Source: Chitinophaga pinensis | Lineage (GTDB): Bacteria; Bacteroidota; Bacteroidia; UKL13-3 | DNA: 64,000 nucleotides | Reading direction: 5' to 3' | NCBI GenBank assembly: GCA_945861965.1 | Contig: CAMAWM010000008.1 | Coordinates: 6,353-70,352, forward strand | Part shown: one piece after another, positions 27,692 through 37,619 of the stretch | How positions within the stretch are numbered: the first letter of the stretch is position 1 | How the letters are laid out: every line of letters begins with the position of its first letter | Program-made: the position numbers and the translations under genes | Notes under the pieces: model-generated | The model's input: the letters and a program-made list of their open reading frames with translations, nothing else | What the model was told of the DNA's origin: nothing | Database searches by the model: none

Positions 27692-30586
27692 CTAAACCAA
27701 TCCCAATTCTTTTTTCAAAAACCTTGCAGTATGGCTTTTCTTTTCCTTGCAAATTTCCTCTGGTGTTCCTTCGCATAAAATTTCTCCACCGTATTTTCCA
27801 CCTTCGGGTCCTAAATCAATTACGTGGTCTGCTACTTTTATCACATCCATATTGTGCTCAATTACCAAAACGGTATTTCCTTTGTCAACCAATTTTTGCA
27901 ACACATTCAACAGCACGCGCACATCTTCAAAATGCAAGCCCGTGGTGGGTTCGTCCAAAATATAAAAAGTATTTCCTGTATCGCGTTTGCTCAGTTCGGT
28001 TGCTAATTTTACGCGTTGCGCTTCGCCTCCACTCAAGGTTGTACTTTGTTGTCCAAGCGTTATGTAATCTAATCCCACATCGTGCAGGGTTTTAATTTTG
28101 CGTAAAATTTGGGGTGTGTTTTCAAAAAAATGTACCGCTTCTTCCACGCTCATATCCAGCACATCGTTTATCGATTTTCCTTTAAATCGAACTTCCAGCG
28201 TTTCGCGGTTGTAGCGTTTGCCGTTGCAGGTTTCGCACTTAACATACACATCGGGCAAAAAATTCATTTCGATGGTTCGCATTCCAGCGCCCTGACAAGT
28301 TTCGCAGCGCCCACCTTTTACATTAAATGAAAATCGCCCGGGCTTGTATCCTCTAATTTTTGCTTCGGGCAAACCCGAATACAAATTTCTAATTTCGGCA
28401 AAAACTTCGACATACGTTGCGGGATTGCTTCGCGGTGTTCGGCCAATTGGGCTTTGATCAATTTCAATTACTTTGTCAATATGTTCAAGCCCTTTAAAAT
28501 CTGCATAAGGCAAAGGTTTTTGATGAGAGCCATAAAAATGTTGACGAAGAATAGGATACAAAGTTTCGTTGATTAAAGTTGATTTTCCGCTTCCGCTTAC
28601 CCCGCTTACACAAATAAATTTAGCAAGTGGAAATTCGACTGAAACATTTTTTAAATTATTGCCGCTTGCGTTTTTCAAAACCAATTTTTTGCCGTTTCCT
28701 TTTCTTCTAATTTTTGGAACCTCAATTTCTTTTATCCCATTTAAATACTGCGCGGTTGACGAATTAGATTTTAAAATATCGGCCAATGTGCCTTCGGCAG
28801 CAATGTGCCCACCGTGAATTCCGGCACCAAATCCTAAGTCTAAAATATAATCGCTTTCGGCCATCATGTCTTTGTCGTGCTCCACCACAATTACACTATT
28901 GCCAACATCTCGCAATTCTTTCAGCGATTCAATCAAACGATGGTTATCGCGTTGGTGTAAACCAATGCTGGGCTCGTCTAAAATATACAACACGCCAACC
29001 AATTGCGAACCGATTTGTGTAGCCAAACGAATACGCTGTGCTTCACCACCACTCAGGGTTTTTGAAGGCGAATTCAAAGTGAGATAATCTATTCCAACAT
29101 TCAACAAGAATTTTATGCGATTGCGAATTTCTTTTAAAATTTCGGTTGCAATTTTCTGCTGTTTCTCATTCAAAAAACTTTCCGCTTTATCAAACCAAAT
29201 AGCAAGTTGATTGATTTCCATTTGCGCCAAGTCTGCGATATTTTTATCGCCAATTTTATAATGTAAAGATTCTTTTTTTAATCGTGTTCCGTTGCATTCG
29301 CTGCAGTTTTGAATTTGCATAAATTCTTCGGCCCAACGATAAATTGCATCGTAACTTTTTTCGTGATAATGCCGTGTGATTAGTGGAACAATTCCTTCCC
29401 ACTTCGAGTTCCAATTTTGTGCTTGTCCGCCATAGGTTGTTTCAACAGGAATGGATTCGTCAATTCCATACAATATTGCTTGCATTGCATCGGCAGAAAT
29501 TTTTTCGATGGGATCGGCAAAACTAAATTTATACATTTTTGACAAAGTGCGCAACTGCATAAAAGTCCAGTTTTCTCGGGCTTCGCCAAGCGGAACAATT
29601 GCACCTTTGTTGATGTTTGACTTTCTATCAGGAATAATTGCATTTTCGTCAATGCTGCTTGTAAGTCCCAAACCATCGCAAGCCGGACAAGCGCCATAAG
29701 GCGAGTTAAACGAAAACGAATTGGGTTGTGGCTCATCGTAACTGATTCCGCTTTTGGAGTCCATTAAAAATTTACTGAAATGAAAACTTTTATTCAAATC
29801 GTTATCCAACAAAACCAAAGTTCCTTTTCCCATTTTCAATGCGCTTTTAATACTTTCGGCAATTCTAAATCGCGCATCTTTTTTTGGTTCAATTCTATCA
29901 ATTAAGACTTCAATATCATGAATTTTATACCGATCCAATTGCATTTTAGGAACGATTTCTTTTAATTCTCCGTCAATGCGAACTTTTGTAAAACCTTGCT
30001 TTCTTATTTGCTGAAACAATTCGCGGTAATGTCCTTTTCGGCCTTTAATTATGGGAGCAAGAATTGAAATTTTTTTGTTTTCGAACTGCTGAATAATGGA
30101 AGAAATTATTTGCTCTTCAGAAAGTTTCAGCATTTTTTCGCCACTTACATAACTGTAAGCATCGGCTGCACGAGCAAAAAGCAAACGCAAAAAATCATAA
30201 ATCTCTGTAATGGTTCCAACCGTTGAACGAGGATTTTTATTGACTGTTTTTTGTTCAATGGAAATGACAGGCGAAAGCCCGTTTATTTTGTCAACGTCAG
30301 GCCTTTCCATATTGCCTATAAACTGTCGTGCATAGGCCGAAAAACTTTCCATGTATCTGCGTTGGCCTTCGGCAAATATGGTATCAAAAGCCAAAGATGA
30401 TTTTCCGCTTCCACTCAATCCAGTAATGGTTACCAATTTATTTCTTGGAATTTTTACATCAATGTTTTTTAAATTGTGTTCGCGCGCACCAAACACCTCA
30501 ATGAATTCTTCTTCAGTTTGAGATTCTTTTTTTGCTATATTTTCAGTTTGAGATTGCACGTATTTTTTGCTTCTATTAAATATCAA
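27692..30586 (-). CDS. uvrA: Excinuclease ABC subunit A
   Basis: GAREHNLKN, two Walker A motifs (GLSGSGKS, GVSGSGKS), LSGGEAQR x2, Zn fingers. Exact start uncertain. Confidence 0.97.
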   Translation of the reverse strand: MIFNRSKKYVQSQTENIAKKESQTEEEFIEVFGAREHNLKNIDVKIPRNKLVTITGLSGSGKSSLAFDTIFAEGQRRYMESFSAYARQFIGNMERPDVDKINGLSPVISIEQKTVNKNPRSTVGTITEIYDFLRLLFARAADAYSYVSGEKMLKLSEEQIISSIIQQFENKKISILAPIIKGRKGHYRELFQQIRKQGFTKVRIDGELKEIVPKMQLDRYKIHDIEVLIDRIEPKKDARFRIAESIKSALKMGKGTLVLLDNDLNKSFHFSKFLMDSKSGISYDEPQPNSFSFNSPYGACPACDGLGLTSSIDENAIIPDRKSNINKGAIVPLGEARENWTFMQLRTLSKMYKFSFADPIEKISADAMQAILYGIDESIPVETTYGGQAQNWNSKWEGIVPLITRHYHEKSYDAIYRWAEEFMQIQNCSECNGTRLKKESLHYKIGDKNIADLAQMEINQLAIWFDKAESFLNEKQQKIATEILKEIRNRIKFLLNVGIDYLTLNSPSKTLSGGEAQRIRLATQIGSQLVGVLYILDEPSIGLHQRDNHRLIESLKELRDVGNSVIVVEHDKDMMAESDYILDLGFGAGIHGGHIAAEGTLADILKSNSSTAQYLNGIKEIEVPKIRRKGNGKKLVLKNASGNNLKNVSVEFPLAKFICVSGVSGSGKSTLINETLYPILRQHFYGSHQKPLPYADFKGLEHIDKVIEIDQSPIGRTPRSNPATYVEVFAEIRNLYSGLPEAKIRGYKPGRFSFNVKGGRCETCQGAGMRTIEMNFLPDVYVKCETCNGKRYNRETLEVRFKGKSINDVLDMSVEEAVHFFENTPQILRKIKTLHDVGLDYITLGQQSTTLSGGEAQRVKLATELSKRDTGNTFYILDEPTTGLHFEDVRVLLNVLQKLVDKGNTVLVIEHNMDVIKVADHVIDLGPEGGKYGGEILCEGTPEEICKEKKSHTARFLKKELGLV

Positions 30587-31827
30587 TCGTTCATCAACAG
30601 CTTAAAATAAAAAAGAGGATTGCGAAGTTTGGCGCGCAAGTCTAAATCCTCGAACATGCAACTGATGGTTTCGCGAAGAGCTTTGTTTTTGTGCGCTTTG
30701 TTCACTACAAAATTAAAAAGCCACGGATATTTACACATTTTTTGCAGCGTGTGACTTAGCTTTAATTCGCTCCATTGTCTTGAGTAAAAAGAGTGGTCGT
30801 ACGCCAAATTAAATTCAGCATCAAAACGATTTTTTTTCAAACAATCTGCTATGTGATTTGCTGCCAACATTCCGCTATACATTGCATTTCCAATTCCTTC
30901 ACCGGTAAATGGATCAATTAAACTTGCAGCATCGCCAGTTAATAAAAAACCATTTCCGCTGATGGGTCTTTTTTTGCTTCCCAAGGGCAATCCCCAGCCA
31001 TTTATTTTTCCAACTAATTTAGCATTCTCAAAACGATGCTTGATGTTTTTATTATTAGCAATTGCGCGAAGCATATCGTCTTTCAAATTAATTTTCTTTT
31101 TGCTAACTGTTGCGCTTAACATGCCTGCGCCCACATTGGCTTGTCCGTTTGGCAAAGGAAAAATCCAAAAATATCCGGGAAGCAGTTCTTCAAGAAAATG
31201 CAATTCGATAAAATTTTGAGCATGCAATTCTGAAACGCCTTCGTAGTAAGCGCGAATTCCAGCACAATAATGTTGGTTTTCTTTTTTGTTGGGTGAAAGT
31301 TTTTTGGCAACAATCGAACGATCGCCTTCGGCTCCAATTATCAATTGCGAGTTGTGAATTGTGAATTGCGAGTTGTTTTTCTCGTAAATTATTTGAAAAT
31401 TTTTGCCTCCAGTTTTTATATCTAACACTTCTGCGCCTTCTATTATATTAGCATAGTTTTTATCCAACAATTGAAAAAGCGAATGATCAAAATCAACGCG
31501 TTTTGAAATAAATCCTGGTGCGTATTTTTCATTGCTCATGTCCGACTTAAATGGAATGTCAATTCCCTTTCCGTTTGGCGCAACAAATTTTACGCCCCAA
31601 CTATCCATATATTTTTGTTTGTCTGAATTGTAATTGTTCATCAATTTTTCATCCAATTGATTCATTACATAAACAACTTTGCCGCTTAGCGCATCACCAC
31701 AAACTTTGTCGCGCGGAAAAATTGCTTTGTCAAGTATGGTATGCGGAATTTTTAGTTTGGATAAAAACAACGATGTGCTACATCCTGAAGGCCCTGCACC
31801 AACTATTACAATATCGGTTTCTTTCAT
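30583..31827 (-). CDS. Geranylgeranyl reductase family FAD-dependent oxidoreductase
   Basis: GAGPSG, FPRDKVCGD, GYFWIFP, GDAASLIDPFTGEGI. Confidence 0.88.
   Translation of the reverse strand: MKETDIVIVGAGPSGCSTSLFLSKLKIPHTILDKAIFPRDKVCGDALSGKVVYVMNQLDEKLMNNYNSDKQKYMDSWGVKFVAPNGKGIDIPFKSDMSNEKYAPGFISKRVDFDHSLFQLLDKNYANIIEGAEVLDIKTGGKNFQIIYEKNNSQFTIHNSQLIIGAEGDRSIVAKKLSPNKKENQHYCAGIRAYYEGVSELHAQNFIELHFLEELLPGYFWIFPLPNGQANVGAGMLSATVSKKKINLKDDMLRAIANNKNIKHRFENAKLVGKINGWGLPLGSKKRPISGNGFLLTGDAASLIDPFTGEGIGNAMYSGMLAANHIADCLKKNRFDAEFNLAYDHSFYSRQWSELKLSHTLQKMCKYPWLFNFVVNKAHKNKALRETISCMFEDLDLRAKLRNPLFYFKLLMND
31344..31378. repeat. In-frame heptamer tandem repeat inside the flavoprotein gene
   Basis: ATTGCGA GTTGTGA ATTGTGA ATTGCGA GTTGTTT, encoding NNSQFTIHNSQ. 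Confidence 0.7.
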
Positions 31828-31921
31828 TTTTTGCTTCGCAATAATAAAACGAAAAAAGTACTTTACTTCTCGCTGTTTTATTTTGAAGAGTTAAATAGTA
31901 TTTTTGAACAAAAAATTACAG

Positions 31922-32428
31922 ATGAAACAGGTAGGAATAATAATGGGAAGCGACAGTGATTTGGAGATAATGCAAGATGCTGCAAAAGTTTTGGATGAAT
32001 TTAATATTGATTACGAAATAACGGTTGTGTCGGCACATCGAACGCCACAACGCATGTTTGACTATGCCAAAAGTGCAAAAGAGCGCGGGCTAAAAGTTAT
32101 AATTGCTGGCGCAGGCGGTGCGGCACATTTGCCGGGAATGGTGGCTTCCATTACTACTTTGCCGGTAATTGGAGTTCCAGTAAAATTAAAAACGATGGAT
32201 GGTCTGGATTCGCTTTTGTCTATTGTTCAAATGCCAGGCGGTGTTCCGGTGGCTGCAGTTGCAATCAACAACGCAAAAAATGCAGCGATACTTGCTGCTC
32301 AAATTTTAGCATTAAGCAACGAAGAACTTTCGAATAAAATGCATGCATATAAAAATCAAATGCAACAAGATGTTGAAGAAAAAGCAAAGAAAATGGAACA
32401 AGGCCGAGGCAAAATCGGTTTCAAATAA
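31922..32428 (+). CDS. purE: N5-carboxyaminoimidazole ribonucleotide mutase
   Basis: [36 protein letters not shown]. Confidence 0.96.
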   Translation: MKQVGIIMGSDSDLEIMQDAAKVLDEFNIDYEITVVSAHRTPQRMFDYAKSAKERGLKVIIAGAGGAAHLPGMVASITTLPVIGVPVKLKTMDGLDSLLSIVQMPGGVPVAAVAINNAKNAAILAAQILALSNEELSNKMHAYKNQMQQDVEEKAKKMEQGRGKIGFK

Positions 32429-32451
32429 AAACCTTAAAACGATACAAAAAC

Positions 32452-32484
32452 AAAAAAGCCAGACTATTCGTTCTGGCTTTTTTT
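32452..32484. terminator. Bidirectional intrinsic terminator
   Basis: AAAAAAGCCAGA-8nt-TCTGGCTTTTTTT between convergent genes. Confidence 0.85.
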
Positions 32485-32503
32485 ATGCAGTAAAAGTTGG
32501 TAA

Positions 32504-33196
32504 TTATTCTTTGTTGAATTTTTGAATTATCAATCCTTTTTCGGTGATTGATTGCAATACATACATTCCTGTTTGCAATGCATTCACATCAATTAAACCG
32601 TTTGTACTTTCTCCGCTTTGAATTTCGCGTCCCATCAAATCCAAAATGCTGTATTTGTTTTTAACAACGCCATCAATAAATAAAATATCCTTAACTGGAT
32701 TTGGGTACACTGAATATTCTTTGATGGATAGTTTTGGCAATCCAATTCCCGAGCCATCGTAATCTAAAATAACAGCAATTTTTTGGATGTCTTTGTTAAA
32801 TGCAAGCGAATCGCCAACAAGTCCGGCTAGAATAACTTTAAAAACTTTTTGCCCAAAAAAAGTTGTGTTGGCAACAGGATTTATTTTTATAAACTGTGTC
32901 ATTCTAAACCCTTTTAAATAAGGCGCAAAGGTGATGATTATTGGACTTGAAATTCTGTAGTGTTCGTTGTTTTTTGCAGTACTATCGCTAATGTAAACAG
33001 TAATACCGTATTCCTGATTGGTCGAATCGTTGTTGTCTTTCCAGCCATAATTATACAAACTGATTGGAATTGCAGCGTTGGTATCCAAAATGTTAAAATT
33101 GTCGTAAGTGGGATATTCAAAACCAATTCTAATTTGTGCTTTAGACAAAGTAGAAACGGCAATAAAAACGATTAAAAGAGTGTAAATTTTTTTCAT
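32504..33196 (-). CDS. T9SS type A sorting-domain protein
   Basis: Signal peptide ending SKA-Q; C-terminal VYPNPVKD...ILDLMGR...LQTGMY...KFNKE CTD. Start set at ATG 33196. Confidence 0.85.
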   Translation of the reverse strand: MKKIYTLLIVFIAVSTLSKAQIRIGFEYPTYDNFNILDTNAAIPISLYNYGWKDNNDSTNQEYGITVYISDSTAKNNEHYRISSPIIITFAPYLKGFRMTQFIKINPVANTTFFGQKVFKVILAGLVGDSLAFNKDIQKIAVILDYDGSGIGLPKLSIKEYSVYPNPVKDILFIDGVVKNKYSILDLMGREIQSGESTNGLIDVNALQTGMYVLQSITEKGLIIQKFNKE

Positions 33197-33295
33197 AACA
33201 AATAATTTATAATGCGTGCAATAAATAGATTTTTTTTGATTTACAAGTATAGTCCTTTTATTGATTAAGGCAAATACCAAAAGGTTGCATCGATT

Positions 33296-34912
33296 TTACC
33301 TTATTCTTACTTTGTCGCCCGACTTCAATTCCGACAAGCTCGATTCGTTAATTCTTCGCAGCGTTGCAATATTTACATTGTATTTTCGTGCTATTGCAAA
33401 AAGCGTTTCGCCCTTTTCAACCACATGGTAAAACGATTCGCTTGCTGGTGTTTGCACTTCTATTATTTCTATTGTTTCGGTTTCTTTAATTGGCACTACA
33501 ATTAAATTTTCGCCCAGTTGAATCTCGTCCGAAACTTTATCGTTCAATGCTTTTAATTCAGACAAAGAAATGTTGTAAATTTTAGCAATTGAAAACAACG
33601 TTTCGCCTTGCCTTACCACATGATTTCCGGGCTGTGGCTGCGGCTCTTTGGTGTCTGCCGATGGTAGGTTTGGGTTTATAATAATTCTTTGCCCTACTTG
33701 AATAGTATTTTCCTGAATGTTGTTTAAATATTGCAACGCATCTACTCTCACATTGTATTTTTTGGCAATTCCATAAAGTGTTTCGCCTGCTTGTATGGTA
33801 TAAAAAAATGATAATTCGCTTTTCTTTTCTTCTGCAGTATCCAATTTGTTCGATGTGTTTTCGATTGCAGGCATTGTCGCAATATTTTTTTCCGGATTTT
33901 CATACACGCTGTCGTTTTCCAGCGCCTTATCTATTGATATTTCTTTAACGCTTTCAAGCATTAAAACTGCTTCGCGTAGTTTTAATCTTGTTTTGCGATT
34001 GAGGTTTAAAAAAAGCGTCTCGCCACTTCGTGGTTCTTGTCCTTCTTTGATGTTGTTTCTTTCGTAAAGCCGTCCCAATTTTATAGCAAAACGCTGTGAA
34101 ATGCTATGCATGTTGTCGGAGATTCCTACAACATAAAAATCTTGTTGTGCTTTGTTTTTTTTGTTTTTTAAATACACCGTATCTCCGGCTTGCAGTATTT
34201 CATTTTTTCCAAAATTGTTGTACTTGTATAGTTGATAAACTTTCAAATCGTAGTTCAATGCAATTTCGGCCAAACTTTGATGGGGTTTTGTTACAATAGC
34301 CGGCACTTCGTTTACGCTAATTTCCTTTCCGTAATTTTTAATATTATCAATTTTGGCTTCGTGTAAATCTTTGCTTTCCTCGTTGCTTATTTTTGTTTCG
34401 TCAAAGCGTTGAAGATTGTGGCGTTCGATAAATGCAATTAGCAATTCGGGGTATTGCGGATTGGTGGCATAGCCCGCTTTTTTCAATCCGTAAGCCCAAG
34501 CTTTGTAATCGTTGCTTTTCAAATCAAAAAGAAAAGCATAGCGCTGACCTTTGAGCAAAAACTCTGAATGGTCGCGGTAACTATCAATTACCGCATCGTA
34601 TTTTCTAAAACATTCTTGTGGCGCATCGTCATCCTCAGAAATGGTATCGCCTTTCCAAGTGTTTTTGCATTTTATTCCAAAATGATTTTTTGCTTCAGTG
34701 GCCAATCTGCTATTGCCGTTGCCGCTTTCTAATATTCCTTGCGCAATGGTGATGCTTGCCGGAATGCGGCTTCTAAACATTTCTTCAACTGCCAATGGCG
34801 AATATTTTTCGATGTATTGCTCGGCTGTCATTTGTGCTTTTGTGGCATCGTTTTGGGCATACACAAACAGCTGAACCAAGCTAAAAAAACCAAGTAAACT
34901 TTTCTTTATCAT
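33296..34912 (-). CDS. GH73 glucosaminidase with multiple LysM domains
   Basis: IPASITIAQGILESG, NHFGIKC, FRKY, GYATNP; repeated (V/I)..GETL..IA..Y LysM units. Start set at ATG 34912. Confidence 0.92.
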   Translation of the reverse strand: MIKKSLLGFFSLVQLFVYAQNDATKAQMTAEQYIEKYSPLAVEEMFRSRIPASITIAQGILESGNGNSRLATEAKNHFGIKCKNTWKGDTISEDDDAPQECFRKYDAVIDSYRDHSEFLLKGQRYAFLFDLKSNDYKAWAYGLKKAGYATNPQYPELLIAFIERHNLQRFDETKISNEESKDLHEAKIDNIKNYGKEISVNEVPAIVTKPHQSLAEIALNYDLKVYQLYKYNNFGKNEILQAGDTVYLKNKKNKAQQDFYVVGISDNMHSISQRFAIKLGRLYERNNIKEGQEPRSGETLFLNLNRKTRLKLREAVLMLESVKEISIDKALENDSVYENPEKNIATMPAIENTSNKLDTAEEKKSELSFFYTIQAGETLYGIAKKYNVRVDALQYLNNIQENTIQVGQRIIINPNLPSADTKEPQPQPGNHVVRQGETLFSIAKIYNISLSELKALNDKVSDEIQLGENLIVVPIKETETIEIIEVQTPASESFYHVVEKGETLFAIARKYNVNIATLRRINESSLSELKSGDKVRIR

Positions 34913-35066
34913 CCAACAGTATTTTCTGATTACAAAAGTAATTATAGCGGCATTCAGAAAAAAAAATTTAATGCAGATTGTGCCAACAATAAACAGAGCT
35001 TGTATAAAATTAAATACGATTTTTTTGGCTTTTGGAATTGAGAAAAACAAATGCTAAGATTTGCAG

Positions 35067-35133
35067 TGTGTCTCGTCCTGAAATAGGTTTACACAAAAAA
35101 GTGTAAAACATGGACAAAAAAAGCATTCAGTAA
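35067..35133 (+). mobile_element. Solitary IS3-like left end
   Basis: TGTGTCTCGTCCTGAAATAGGTTTACAC, then hairpin TTTACAC-AAAAAA-GTGTAAA and an ATG truncated after 7 codons; 23/28 identical to the 9560 end. Confidence 0.45.
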
Positions 35134-35207
35134 TTAATTTCAACACACTAAGCAATGCTCATCATTTGTCATTGCCAAATCAAATCAATAATTGTTTCTT
35201 TGTTTCG

Positions 35208-36365
35208 ATGTCTAAAAAATTATTTGATACCAAAAAGGCCGAAGAAAAAGCAGTATTGGTATCTGCACTTACACCTATCATAAAACCAGATCAAGCGCAG
35301 GAATACATGGATGAATTGGCGTTTTTAACTTTAACTGCGGGCGCTGTTGTCAAAAAAACGTTTACGCAAAGAATGTCTTATCCAAATCCTCGAACCTATG
35401 TGGGGCAAGGAAAACTTGACGAAATTGCAGAATTTGTAAAACTGCAACAAATAGATTTGGTCATTTTTGATGATGAACTTTCGCCTTCACAAATTAGAAA
35501 CATAGAGCAAACCATACAATGCAAAATATTGGATCGAAGCAATTTGATACTTGATATTTTTGCAAAGCGTGCACGCTCGGCTCAGGCAAAATTGCAGGTA
35601 GAATTAGCGCAAGCTCAATATCTGTTGCCACGGCTTACGCGCATGTGGACGCATTTGAGCAAACACAAAGGCGGAATTGGAATGAAGGGCCCGGGCGAAA
35701 CGGAAATTGAAACTGATAGGCGTGTGCTGCGAAGTACCATTACAAAACTACAGCGCAGACTTGATGAAATAGATAAACAAGCAAGCACGCGAAGAAAAAA
35801 CCGTGACGAAAAAACGCGTGTAGCTTTGGTTGGATACACCAATGTGGGCAAATCAACCATTATGAATTTGTTGAGCAAAAGCGATGTGTTGGCCGAAAAT
35901 AAATTGTTTGCCACGCTTGATAGTACCGTTAGAAAAGTAGTGTTTGAAAATGTGCCTTTTTTGATAAGCGATACGGTTGGTTTTATTCGAAAACTTCCGC
36001 ATCAATTGGTCGAGTGTTTTAAGTCGACATTAGACGAAATTAGAGAATCGGATTTGCTGATACATGTCGTGGATATTAGCCACCCAAATTTTGAAGAGCA
36101 ATTGCATGTAGTAAACAGAACATTGCTTGAAATTGGTGCGGCTGATAAAAAAATGTTACTTGTTTTTAATAAAATAGACCAACTGAAAGAACCGCTTGAA
36201 CCCGATGATCCATTTGGAGAAAACACCGACCATCGTCCTTATATCGAGCGCTTAAAAAACACTTGGATGGCTAAAGAAAATTCGCCTGTTGTATTTATTT
36301 CGGCCGCTAAAAAAATGAATCTACAAGAGCTGAGAAGCAAACTTATTGAATGCATAAAAAAATAA
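35208..36365 (+). CDS. hflX: Ribosome-splitting GTPase HflX
   Basis: DDELSPSQ, GPGETEIETDRR, GYTNVGKST, LFATLD, DTVGF, NKID. Confidence 0.96.
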   Translation: MSKKLFDTKKAEEKAVLVSALTPIIKPDQAQEYMDELAFLTLTAGAVVKKTFTQRMSYPNPRTYVGQGKLDEIAEFVKLQQIDLVIFDDELSPSQIRNIEQTIQCKILDRSNLILDIFAKRARSAQAKLQVELAQAQYLLPRLTRMWTHLSKHKGGIGMKGPGETEIETDRRVLRSTITKLQRRLDEIDKQASTRRKNRDEKTRVALVGYTNVGKSTIMNLLSKSDVLAENKLFATLDSTVRKVVFENVPFLISDTVGFIRKLPHQLVECFKSTLDEIRESDLLIHVVDISHPNFEEQLHVVNRTLLEIGAADKKMLLVFNKIDQLKEPLEPDDPFGENTDHRPYIERLKNTWMAKENSPVVFISAAKKMNLQELRSKLIECIKK

Positions 36366-36395
36366 ACCCAACCTATAAAAAATAAGTTGGGTTTA
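36363..36395. terminator. Hairpin after hflX (probable terminator)
   Basis: TAAACCCAAC...GTTGGGTTTA inverted repeat between convergent genes. Confidence 0.55.
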
Positions 36396-36447
36396 GTCTA
36401 TTAAAAACTTCGCAATTTTTTGCCGAGTGTTTTACTCAACAATTAAT

Positions 36448-36753
36448 TTATTTGGTTTCTTCTTTTTTAATTTCAGCTTTTGCTTCAGATTTTTTTTGGC
36501 AGCATGATTTTTTAGTTGCACATTTTTTATCGTCTTTTGTTGCTGCATCGCTACAAGCTTTTTCTTTTTTAGCAGCGCAACACGATTTCTTATCTTTTTG
36601 TGCAGGTTTGTCAATTGCATCGCCTGATACTACCGCATCTTTAACTACCAATTCGGTAGATGTGTTAGCAGCAGGTGCTGGTTGTGATTGACTTTGTGCG
36701 TTGCTTGCATAAGTGAATGCAGCGAAAGCTGCCAATACGAAAATTTTTTTCAT
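36448..36753 (-). CDS. Small secreted Cys/Lys-rich protein
   Basis: Signal peptide ending SNA-Q; C-terminal SCC...C...C...SCC in a Lys-rich context. Confidence 0.75.
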   Translation of the reverse strand: MKKIFVLAAFAAFTYASNAQSQSQPAPAANTSTELVVKDAVVSGDAIDKPAQKDKKSCCAAKKEKACSDAATKDDKKCATKKSCCQKKSEAKAEIKKEETK

Positions 36754-36929
36754 GATGTTATTTTTTTTAAAGTGTTAATTTTTAATAAAGTGCGAATATA
36801 AAAGAAAATCAATACATATCTGCAAGTTTACATTTCGATTTTTTGCAATTAAATTAATTGCTGCTTAAGCTTCCAATTTGTTTAACCCGTAACAAAATTT
36901 AATTTGCAAAGGTTTAAAAACATTCAAAT

Positions 36930-37613
36930 TTGTCAGCCGGAAAATTATACATTGTCCCAACTCCCATCGGAAACCTTGAAGACATTACGCTTAGGGCAAT
37001 TCGGATTTTGGGCGAAGTGGATTTTATTTTAGCCGAAGACACCCGTCAAAGCATAAAACTGCTGAATCATTTTTCAATTGACAAAAAATTACAACCCTAC
37101 CACGCGCACAACGAGCATAAAATTTACAAAAACATTTTGGCTCAATTAGCAGCTGGAAAAATCATTGCTTTGGTTAGCGATGCCGGAACGCCTGCAATAA
37201 GCGATCCTGGTTTTTTATTGGTTCGCGAGTGTTTGAAAGAAAATATTAAAGTTGAATGTTTGCCTGGAGCAACCGCTTTTGTGCCTGCTTTGGTAAAAAG
37301 TGGTTTGCCTGCAGATAGTTTTTGTTTCGAAGGATTTTTGCCCGAAAAAAAAGGACGACAAACCGCCTTGAAAAAATTAAGCGAAGAAAAACGAACGATA
37401 ATTTTGTACGAATCGCCACATCGATTGATAAAAACTTTGCAACAATTGGCTGAATATTTTGGTGCTGAAAGGCAAGCAAGTGTTAGCCGCGAATTGAGTA
37501 AAATCTACGAAGAAACAGTGAATGCTTCCTTGGCAGAATTATTAGAATATTTTTCTTCCAAAACAATTAAAGGCGAATTTGTACTTGTTATTGCTGGCAA
37601 ATCGGACAAATAG
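36930..37613 (+). CDS. rsmI: 16S rRNA (cytidine1402-2'-O)-methyltransferase
   Basis: VPTPIGNLEDIT, AEDTR, SDAGTPAISDPG, YESPHR, RELSK, KGEF. Confidence 0.95.
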   Translation: MSAGKLYIVPTPIGNLEDITLRAIRILGEVDFILAEDTRQSIKLLNHFSIDKKLQPYHAHNEHKIYKNILAQLAAGKIIALVSDAGTPAISDPGFLLVRECLKENIKVECLPGATAFVPALVKSGLPADSFCFEGFLPEKKGRQTALKKLSEEKRTIILYESPHRLIKTLQQLAEYFGAERQASVSRELSKIYEETVNASLAELLEYFSSKTIKGEFVLVIAGKSDK

Positions 37614-37619
37614 AGTAAT

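Noticed and set aside
27570..27776. 68-aa N-terminal extension of alanine dehydrogenase
   Set aside because: It overlaps the uvrA 3' end and a promoter-like box; the conserved protein begins MIIGVPKEIK.
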